Shown here piece by piece: positions 55,443 to 64,000 of a stretch of DNA of 64,000 nucleotides. The first letter of the stretch is position 1. The number at the start of each line of letters is the position of its first letter. The notes under the pieces were generated by a model. The model was not told the DNA's origin and searched no databases. It saw only the letters and a list, made by a program, of their open reading frames with translations. Both the position numbers and the translations under genes were made by a program. The DNA is from Cyanidioschyzon merolae (taxonomy: Eukaryota), in assembly GCA_000091205.1 (NCBI GenBank), contig AP006502.2; one strand, written 5' to 3'.

Positions 55443-56248
55443 GTTCTCGATTATAGCTTATCGAGGAAGAGACGGAAGCAAGAAGGCACGCCTGTCACGT
55501 TGTGCCGCTGTGGGTGCCTCGCAAAGCACCATTTATTCCTGGACATATTAGGCCAAGACAGTCCGATGCTGTCACCTGGCAAGTGTGCGTTTGGCTTCGC
55601 AGCGCCGGAGGCTCGGCACTGCAATGCAGTGCTTGCCACGGGCACGACAATCCAGAAAATCGTCTGATTCCGGAGCGCATGTGGGTGCATGAAGGAGCAT
55701 AGTTGATGCCCCGGAGGAAGGATGAGGCGTGCCTAGGTAACCGGTTGAATACCTTTCGCATAGGATACGGTGTTGCTGCAGAGTTCGCTCGATCATGTCT
55801 TTAGAACACACTCTAGAGCCCTGATGATGCATGCGGGTTGTATCGCTTTTTTCGTCGGATCCTATCCCGGATGCAGCCTGATGGTACACACGTGACGGGC
55901 TTCGAGCCGCGAGGGTGCATACCTGATGCATCAAGTGTGGGAATTCGCGGCATGAACAAGCATATCCGAAGCTGTTCATCATGCATGTCGCGTCAGCTGG
56001 GAACACGGTATAGATGCCTGCACGAGAAGCGGGCGCGTTTTCGGGCAATATTCGAACGTGTTCTCGGGGCGGAGCCTGCACTTCCATGAGGAATGCTGTG
56101 GCAGCCACGCAGTGAATGATTCACGAAACGATTCGCCGTCATATGCCTAGTCCCCAGCGGGTATACTGCGTTTAATTAACGTGGGGCGCTTGTCGCTTTC
56201 TGTGTCCTAAAAGCACAAAAAGCCTTGCTGATCAGGGTTATACTCGGT

Positions 56249-57864
56249 GCAGAGAATTCTGGAGTGCCTGTATCAGCACGCTGTTTTCGATTTATTTCGG
56301 GTTTCTCGCATACAGTCAACAAAGGAATGCATCCTGTACATTACAGAGAAGACACGGAAAGACTGGTGCTGTCAATGCTAGGATGCGTTCCATGGCCCTA
56401 CGACTACAAGTTCGCCGTTCTGCGCTCAGCGCGTGCATGAACCACACTCGTCGTTGCCCCTGAGCTGAACGTCCTGCACCCAAACCAGATCCCAGAGAAC
56501 GCCCACTAAACGACCGTCTCTCTGTCGATTCACGCCACGACATGCAGTCTCGAACAGGCCGCTATCACAGATGCCAAAGAATGCGACGTTTCCGTTCCGC
56601 AGATGCGAACGGCCACGAACACACGCAGACGGACAACCGAAAACGGCATGCTTATGAGCGGAACTGTCGCACGTCCAGCTGCACACACTTGATTCCGCAC
56701 GGAGACGCGTGTGAGCGCTTCCCATGGGCGACAAGCGCTCATCATCTCGGTCGCAGAGACCTCATTCCCGAGAATACCTGCATCACAATATGGGTACGCC
56801 AAGCAGGGCGTACCGCTGTTCGTAACGAAGGGACGCACGGGAAGACCGGCAGCACCAGCCCGAGTGGCAGTGCGGCCGTGTGGAGGCCTGCACTCGCGAA
56901 ACGCACAGCATCGTGCACTACGTCATCCCGTGTCTGAGCTGTCTCGTCGCGCGTTCATCTCCATACACTGGGTTGTCCTGATCGCGGACGACGCTGCTTT
57001 CCATCACTCAAACCCGGTCAAGGAGCGCGCACCTGAGGCAGGCGTTGAGCGGCTCCCTCCACTGGCTCGTGCTTCTGGGTTCATTCAAGTCGAGGCGTCT
57101 GCGCTGTTGTCAAGTGCCGTTTTCGCAGGCACGCGTCCGTGCACGAGCCGCTCGCAACCGTGAAACGCGTCTTGCACAATTCGTCTCTTGGTCTGTGTCA
57201 GCGATGAACTGGAGTGTTGCCCCTGTGCTCGTGGGCATGCGGCAGCGCGCCGGCGTGCTTCGGTCCTTGAGCGTGCCCGCGACGAACAGGATGACGAAAA
57301 GGTAACTAGATATACATATGTACGTGGGGCAGGGGATGTTTAGTGGCACTGTTTGCACACCGCACCGAGTCCAGGAGAGAAACCGGATGGAAAGCATCGG
57401 AAACACTGTTTGGCACACAGCGACGTGAGGGAGATTCAGAAGGATACCACCAGGCAAAGAAGAGGGAGATTCTCCGGGAAAGAGCGCAACAATGGGCATG
57501 AATGAAAAGCTGTCGGGGCGGAAAGATCAAACGTACGCCGTCCTTGAGGCGTCTCCGCCGAAACACATCAATGGGGAGAATGCTCCAGGACGTGAAATGC
57601 AGGATGCTATTAGGGATCGCACAGCGTCTTACTCGACACGTCGTGTCCAGCACCTCGCGCCTCGGTGCATACCGCCGAAGCATTGTTTTACGAGTTCTGG
57701 AAGAAGGTCTGGCAGCTGTCCACATTCCTCTGGATTATTTCGATCCAACTATCGTGCAGCAAGAGAACGGATGCTCGCGACAGACGATTCTCGATGGCCC
57801 AGTCATATGGTTCGAGATTCGCACAAACGCCTCGAATCGTACCTCGACATGCGCCAGCACAACG
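56249..57864. repeat. Direct repeat copy 1 (at least 1616 bp, identical to 62385-64000; copy 2 truncated by window end)
   Basis: Identical six-frame ORF sets offset by exactly 6136 bp (e.g. 56316..56543 = 62452..62679; 57306..57725 = 63442..63861). Sequence is identical after two mismatches at the left edge. Confidence 0.9.
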
Positions 57865-59280
57865 TCTTCGCTCGAAAAATGTTCTGCAGTGCATGTGCCA
57901 AATGGTATCAAATGCCTAACTGCAGACCGAAAAGCCTATGTTGGTGAACCTCGAGAGCTTCATGGAGCGCACCGTGTGGGCGTTGTATCCTCATCTTCGT
58001 GGGCCCGCAAAGAAGAGCTGATGGAGGGGATTCTCTGCTCCAGCTTGTACATGAGTGCCACTAGGTGTCACGGGGGCGATCCCTGGCATGGGCACGTGGT
58101 GTCGCGCTGGGGCCGCCACCCGTATCGCAGTGCGGAGGCAAGAGGCGTGTATTCGGGCACACGTTCAATGCGTCAGAAGAAGGAGATGATTGAGAGGTCG
58201 CGTCGCTTGCCCGTAGCCTATGGCGCTGCTCGTTCCGGGCAGCGTAAAACCTGCACTCGTACAGCCTTCGCGCCGAATGTGCAACGACTGCAGGAATCGA
58301 TGCTGCACAACTCCCATAGATGCATCCCCGACGACATACGCGCCTCACGAGCACGAGTGCACCCTGCAACAGGCCCAGAAGCAGTATGTGGAATGGAGTC
58401 GCATGCACGAGATGGCCTACGACCAGCTCAGCAAACATCAGATGCCGAGGCAATCGCCAGTGAGACGCTCGGTATGGTAGGATTCCACAGGCCGCAGTAC
58501 GCCCGAGCGAACAGTATCTGCGCGGAGACTTCAGCCCATCGATGACCTGCAGGTACCGTCTTGCACTTGCAGAGCGTCCGGCTTCCTTGCGTCGAGCGAG
58601 TTCTCGATGTCTACGCTCAGCACGCATCAGTCTGGGCGCTTCGCGAAAACGCTGCAGACCTGCGACGGAAGATAGAAACCCCATTGCCCAGGAGAGCGGG
58701 CATTGGATTCAAGCTTGAAGCGAGCCACAGGTATGGTATGGTACCGCGATCCAGCAAGATTACAGCGCTCAATATCTGCACCGAAAAACCTTTCCCAGGG
58801 CACCTGCTAGACGATATTTGGGTTTTGTTCCACGATATCACCCATCCTGGTCAAGTACCGCTCCAACTGAACATAAACGGTACCTGATTCCACGCTTACG
58901 AACTTTGCACACACATCCCGTGAATTCTGGTTGAACGCAAGCGTCCAGCACGATGCCATACCACAAAACACAGAGCCGTGGAAGCCGATGCACCAGAGGT
59001 CGCCTCGTCACGCTCGACGAGCGCCTCTGTTGGCGCTACGCCAGCGTTCCCAGTCGGCAGTCTAAAATCGACGCTGGCGACGTGCAGGCGGGCGAGTGTA
59101 CCCAGGAGCGGCGTGTGTCCAGCACCGGCGCCTGCGCGTTGCCAGCGTCGATTTTAGACTGCCGCCCCGGTCAACGAAGCGCTTGTCGTGGCCCGCGACG
59201 CATACCGAATCCAGGCGGTGCTCGGTAGCTTGTCGAGACGTTCAGCAACGTCTCTCTGGACCAAAAGTCGTGTGTGTTCC

Positions 59281-62200
59281 ATGGAAGACGCGTTCTGCAG
59301 GACTGCTGAAGAGGTTCTCGAAGCATTTCAAGTACGCAAGGACTATGGCCTCACTGAGGAACAGGTGGCGCTGTACGCCCAGCGGTACGGTAGGAACGTA
59401 ACAGCTCGTGAGGAGAGCGCACCGCTGTGGCAGCTTGTCGTGAAACAGTTTCAGGATCAGTTAGTTTTAATACTTTTGGGTGCTGCTGGAATTTCTTTTA
59501 TTCTAGCTTTATTTGAGGACGATGAGGATCGGGTAACAGCGTTTTTTGAGCCTCTGGTTATCGTCTTGATTCTCGCTGCGAACGCTACTGTCGGTGTGAT
59601 TCAGGAGACCAACGCAGAGAAGGCGATAGAAGCCTTACGGGAGTATGAACCGGACGACGCTACCGTCTTGCGCTGCGGAGAACTTCGGCGGGTGCGGTCA
59701 GAAGAGCTTGTTCCCGGTGATATTATCGAGGTTTCTGTGGGTATGCGCGTTCCAGCGGACTGTCGCATCATCGAACTTGCCTCCACGGTACTCTACGCGG
59801 ACCAATCCGTCCTCACCGGGGAGAGCATCAGCGTGAGCAAGTCTCCAGAGGCTATAACGGACACGCAGTGCATGATTCAGGACAAGACCTGCCTGCTATT
59901 CGCAGGTTGTACGATTGTGCGCGGCAAGGCCCGGTGCGTTGTTACTCAAGTCGGTGAACGAACGGAAATCGGGAAAGTGCGCCGCAATATCGCAGAAACA
60001 AAAGCGGTGATGACGCCTCTCAAGCGCCGCTTGGATGAGTTCGGCTCACTCCTCAGCAAAATCATTCTGTTGATCTGCGTTCTGGTGTGGCTGATCAATA
60101 TTCGAAACTTTTGGAACCCCGAGCACGGGGGGTTCCTTCGAGGTGCAGTCTATTATTTCAAGATAGCTGTTGCTTTGGCTGTAGCAGCGATACCAGAAGG
60201 TCTGCCTGCTGTTGTAACGACATGCTTGGCACTCGGTACAAAACGAATGGCCCGCAAGAATGCGATCGTGCGCTCGCTGCCGAGCGTGGAAACGCTGGGA
60301 TGCACCAGTGTTATCTGCTCGGACAAGACAGGAACCATCACGACGAATCGCATGTGTGTGACGCGTGTCTTGCTGGTGAGCGATGTGCTCCCCGCCGGCG
60401 ATGGAAAGCTTCTGGACCTCGAAGTGACGGGCCACGGAGACTTCTCACCGTTTGGAAATGTTGTCTACAACGGTTCAGTCTTGGAGAGTCCCCTGAAGAG
60501 CCTGCCCCCGTTGGCGGAGCTGAGCATCGCGGCAACCTTCTGTAACGATGCTTCAATCACCTTCAACATGAAAGGAAGACAGTACGACAAAATCGGGGAA
60601 GGGACTGAGGCAGCCCTGATCACGCTGGTGGAGAAGCTTCGCACGCCCGATGAACACTACAATGCGGAAATATCTCACATGCCTCTCGTGCAACGTGCAA
60701 CGGCAACCAGAGCCTACTGGAACCGGCTCTTCGAGCGCGTTGCAACACTAGAATTCACCCGCGATCGCAAATCAATGAGTGTCTTTTGTCGTCGTTTATC
60801 TGACGAGTCGCTCCATATGTTCGTGAAGGGCGCTCCCGAACGCATTCTGGAGAACAGCGATTATGTATGCATTGGCAACGGTATGCGTATTCCGATCACG
60901 CCGGTGCTTCGTCGTCAGCTTCTGGATGCGGTCGCGAGTCTCAGCAGCGGTGTCCATGCGCTGCGAACGCTCGCGATTGCAACTAGAGATCATCCACCAG
61001 CATTGGAAACCGTAGATATGCGCGACACCCAAAGCTTTGCGCGATACGAATCCAACCTGACGTTCATTGGGCTGGTCGGGATGATTGACCCACCGCGGGA
61101 GGAGGTGCGTGCTGCCATCGAGACCTGTGCGCTTGCCGGAATCCGCGTGATTGTTATCACCGGAGACAACAAAGCAACCGCTGAGGCTATCTGTCGACAG
61201 GTGGGTATATTTGATGACTACGAAGATCTCTCAGGGAAAAGTTACACTGGTCGAGAGTTTGAATTGCTTCCCGAGGATGCACGTCGCCAGGTCGTCCGAA
61301 GAGCGCGTCTTTTTGCGCGCGTCGAGCCGCTCTGCAAACAACGCATCGTGACGCTTCTGCAAGAGCGAGGTGAAGTAGTCGCCGTCACCGGCGACGGTGT
61401 GAACGACGCTCCGGCCCTGAAAGCTGCAGATATCGGCATCTCCATGGGTACCGGGACTGCCGTTGCAAAGGGTGCCGCGGACATGGTACTCGGCGATGAT
61501 AACTTCGCCACGATCGTTGCTGCGGTAGAAGAGGGTCGCGCGATCTACGAAAACATGCGACAGTTCATTCGATATCTCATCTCGTCGAACATCGGGGAGG
61601 TTTGGTGCGTTTTCCTTACCGCTGTGCTGCATACACCCGAAGCGCTGGCACCGGTGCAGTTACTCTGGGTCAATCTGGTGACTGACGGTTTACCAGCTAC
61701 CGCGCTTTCCTTTAATCGACCGGCCAAGAACATCATGCAGCAACCACCGCGACCCAGCAATGAGCACATCGTGAATGGGTGGCTTCTCTTCCGCTATCTC
61801 GTCATCGGTACTTACGTAGGTGTTGCGACAATCGCTGGGCTCATCTGGTGGTACATGTTCTATGCAGGCGGACCTCAACTCTCCTGGTCTGAACTGCGCC
61901 TGCATCGACAGTGCCAGTCTGGAAACGACTTGGGTACAGGTCTCGCTATCAGCTGCGACATTTTCCGAAGCAGGCACCCGAGCACTGTCTCCTTATCCAT
62001 ACTCGTGACCATCGAGATGCTGAATGCACTGAATTCTCTCGCTGAAAACGAGAGTATTACCATCGTCGGACCATGGACGAACCCGTTCCTCGTACTCGCG
62101 ATATGCCTGAGTTTGGCGCTTCACGCGATCATTCTTTATGTGCCGTTCTTCAATCGTGTATTTGCAACAGCCCCGCTCGATTTTCAAGAATGGGTAGCAG

Positions 62201-62298
62201 TCCTATGGCTCAGTCTGCCGGTGGTATGGCTCGATGAAGGGCTCAAATATTTCAGTCGACTGCAGAAACGTCGTCAAACAATCAAGAAGATGCGGTAA
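59281..62298 (+). CDS. SERCA: Sarco/endoplasmic-reticulum-type Ca2+-transporting P-type ATPase (P2A)
   Basis: MEDAF..AEEVLEAFQV..GLTEEQ N-terminus as in SERCA. TGES. Phosphorylation site ICSDKTGTITTNRM. KGAPE. TGDNKATAEAICRQVGI. VTGDGVNDAPALKAADIGISMG. 10 TM segments. ATG at 59281 (track ORF begins 59188). Confidence 0.95.
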   Translation: MEDAFCRTAEEVLEAFQVRKDYGLTEEQVALYAQRYGRNVTAREESAPLWQLVVKQFQDQLVLILLGAAGISFILALFEDDEDRVTAFFEPLVIVLILAANATVGVIQETNAEKAIEALREYEPDDATVLRCGELRRVRSEELVPGDIIEVSVGMRVPADCRIIELASTVLYADQSVLTGESISVSKSPEAITDTQCMIQDKTCLLFAGCTIVRGKARCVVTQVGERTEIGKVRRNIAETKAVMTPLKRRLDEFGSLLSKIILLICVLVWLINIRNFWNPEHGGFLRGAVYYFKIAVALAVAAIPEGLPAVVTTCLALGTKRMARKNAIVRSLPSVETLGCTSVICSDKTGTITTNRMCVTRVLLVSDVLPAGDGKLLDLEVTGHGDFSPFGNVVYNGSVLESPLKSLPPLAELSIAATFCNDASITFNMKGRQYDKIGEGTEAALITLVEKLRTPDEHYNAEISHMPLVQRATATRAYWNRLFERVATLEFTRDRKSMSVFCRRLSDESLHMFVKGAPERILENSDYVCIGNGMRIPITPVLRRQLLDAVASLSSGVHALRTLAIATRDHPPALETVDMRDTQSFARYESNLTFIGLVGMIDPPREEVRAAIETCALAGIRVIVITGDNKATAEAICRQVGIFDDYEDLSGKSYTGREFELLPEDARRQVVRRARLFARVEPLCKQRIVTLLQERGEVVAVTGDGVNDAPALKAADIGISMGTGTAVAKGAADMVLGDDNFATIVAAVEEGRAIYENMRQFIRYLISSNIGEVWCVFLTAVLHTPEALAPVQLLWVNLVTDGLPATALSFNRPAKNIMQQPPRPSNEHIVNGWLLFRYLVIGTYVGVATIAGLIWWYMFYAGGPQLSWSELRLHRQCQSGNDLGTGLAISCDIFRSRHPSTVSLSILVTIEMLNALNSLAENESITIVGPWTNPFLVLAICLSLALHAIILYVPFFNRVFATAPLDFQEWVAVLWLSLPVVWLDEGLKYFSRLQKRRQTIKKMR

Positions 62299-62384
62299 AA
62301 GGCTCTGGAAGAGAATGCAATCCGGGAACACCAGCCGCTACAGCAGCGACAACACTCTGCCTCGGAACCTAGACAAGCCCTGGA

Positions 62385-64000
62385 GCAGAGAATTCTTGAG
62401 TACCTGTATCAGCACGCTGTTTTCGATTTATTTCGGGTTTCTCGCATACAGTCAACAAAGGAATGCATCCTGTACATTACAGAGAAGACACGGAAAGACT
62501 GGTGCTGTCAATGCTAGGATGCGTTCCATGGCCCTACGACTACAAGTTCGCCGTTCTGCGCTCAGCGCGTGCATGAACCACACTCGTCGTTGCCCCTGAG
62601 CTGAACGTCCTGCACCCAAACCAGATCCCAGAGAACGCCCACTAAACGACCGTCTCTCTGTCGATTCACGCCACGACATGCAGTCTCGAACAGGCCGCTA
62701 TCACAGATGCCAAAGAATGCGACGTTTCCGTTCCGCAGATGCGAACGGCCACGAACACACGCAGACGGACAACCGAAAACGGCATGCTTATGAGCGGAAC
62801 TGTCGCACGTCCAGCTGCACACACTTGATTCCGCACGGAGACGCGTGTGAGCGCTTCCCATGGGCGACAAGCGCTCATCATCTCGGTCGCAGAGACCTCA
62901 TTCCCGAGAATACCTGCATCACAATATGGGTACGCCAAGCAGGGCGTACCGCTGTTCGTAACGAAGGGACGCACGGGAAGACCGGCAGCACCAGCCCGAG
63001 TGGCAGTGCGGCCGTGTGGAGGCCTGCACTCGCGAAACGCACAGCATCGTGCACTACGTCATCCCGTGTCTGAGCTGTCTCGTCGCGCGTTCATCTCCAT
63101 ACACTGGGTTGTCCTGATCGCGGACGACGCTGCTTTCCATCACTCAAACCCGGTCAAGGAGCGCGCACCTGAGGCAGGCGTTGAGCGGCTCCCTCCACTG
63201 GCTCGTGCTTCTGGGTTCATTCAAGTCGAGGCGTCTGCGCTGTTGTCAAGTGCCGTTTTCGCAGGCACGCGTCCGTGCACGAGCCGCTCGCAACCGTGAA
63301 ACGCGTCTTGCACAATTCGTCTCTTGGTCTGTGTCAGCGATGAACTGGAGTGTTGCCCCTGTGCTCGTGGGCATGCGGCAGCGCGCCGGCGTGCTTCGGT
63401 CCTTGAGCGTGCCCGCGACGAACAGGATGACGAAAAGGTAACTAGATATACATATGTACGTGGGGCAGGGGATGTTTAGTGGCACTGTTTGCACACCGCA
63501 CCGAGTCCAGGAGAGAAACCGGATGGAAAGCATCGGAAACACTGTTTGGCACACAGCGACGTGAGGGAGATTCAGAAGGATACCACCAGGCAAAGAAGAG
63601 GGAGATTCTCCGGGAAAGAGCGCAACAATGGGCATGAATGAAAAGCTGTCGGGGCGGAAAGATCAAACGTACGCCGTCCTTGAGGCGTCTCCGCCGAAAC
63701 ACATCAATGGGGAGAATGCTCCAGGACGTGAAATGCAGGATGCTATTAGGGATCGCACAGCGTCTTACTCGACACGTCGTGTCCAGCACCTCGCGCCTCG
63801 GTGCATACCGCCGAAGCATTGTTTTACGAGTTCTGGAAGAAGGTCTGGCAGCTGTCCACATTCCTCTGGATTATTTCGATCCAACTATCGTGCAGCAAGA
63901 GAACGGATGCTCGCGACAGACGATTCTCGATGGCCCAGTCATATGGTTCGAGATTCGCACAAACGCCTCGAATCGTACCTCGACATGCGCCAGCACAACG
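62385..64000. repeat. Direct repeat copy 2, beginning 87 bp after the SERCA stop codon
   Basis: See copy 1; the window ends inside the repeat. Confidence 0.9.

Noticed and set aside
56316-58684. ORFs of 100-350 aa inside the 1.6-kb direct repeat and just beyond it (e.g. 57502..58545, 58061..58684)
   Set aside because: Arg/Ser/Cys-rich, overlapping on both strands, no recognisable motifs. The same set reappears identically in copy 2, as expected for non-coding repeat DNA rather than genes.
1-64000. tRNA, rRNA and CRISPR search
   Set aside because: Scanning by eye found no B-box-like GGTTCGAnTCC motifs, no rRNA-like conserved blocks, and no spacer-repeat arrays. The tandem arrays present have 62-108 bp units without unique spacers. 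Nothing reportable, though small RNA genes cannot be excluded without a covariance-model search.
1-64000. Possibility that the window is prokaryotic (the supplied ORF track uses TTG/GTG starts)
   Set aside because: Gene content (WD40 PWP1, BRE1 RING ligase, UBL-USP14, SERCA, RabGGT beta, RCE1, DOLPP1), the spliceosomal intron signals, long intergenic spacers and organelle-targeting extensions are all eukaryotic nuclear features. The alternative-start calls are an artefact of the ORF finder.

Overview
This window reads as nuclear DNA from a GC-rich (~57%), intron-poor photosynthetic eukaryote, not as a prokaryotic locus. I recognise about 19 protein-coding genes, roughly one per 3.3 kb, on both strands and mostly as single uninterrupted ORFs. 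They include WD40, RING, UBL-USP, P-type ATPase and prenyltransferase proteins with clear eukaryotic domain architectures.

- **Organism.** Chlorophyll synthase (ChlG) and a D1-type C-terminal processing protease (CtpA-like) carry N-terminal transit-peptide-like extensions without a signal peptide. Together with the gene density and near-absence of introns, this points to an alga with a primary plastid, most consistent with a unicellular red alga. That is an inference only.
- **Recognised genes.** PWP1-like WD40 protein, NADP-isocitrate dehydrogenase, Rab geranylgeranyltransferase beta, BEM46/ABHD13-like hydrolase, chlorophyll synthase, BRE1-like RING E3 ligase, organellar IF3, USP14/Ubp6-like deubiquitinase, a CtpA-like protease, acylaminoacyl-peptidase (S9), heme O synthase COX10, cysteine desulfurase NFS1, an RCE1 CAAX-protease fused in frame to a DOLPP1-like phosphatase, indole-3-glycerol-phosphate synthase, and a SERCA-type Ca2+-ATPase.
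- **Introns.** The only one I can see splits the BRE1 gene: GTAAGT donor, ACTAAC branch-like hexamer, CAG acceptor, with a (CAGT)n microsatellite inside.
- **ORF track caveat.** The supplied track uses alternative start codons (TTG/GTG). Where the family alignment suggested it, I trimmed CDS starts to the first in-frame ATG.
- **Intergenic content.**
  - Decayed TnpB/Fanzor-like (IS605-OrfB family, RuvC plus zinc finger) element relics with a recurring RD[FL]NAAINI motif: one ~2 kb AT-richer copy at 28.9-30.8 kb and at least four shorter fragments.
  - Two further dispersed repeat families that flank genes.
  - A direct repeat of at least 1.6 kb around the SERCA gene (possibly a tandem duplication).
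  - Three minisatellites with 108, 62 and 80 bp units.
  - A perfect 24-bp hairpin.
  - Several coding trinucleotide microsatellites (poly-Q, poly-S).

I found no rRNA, tRNA or CRISPR features by eye.
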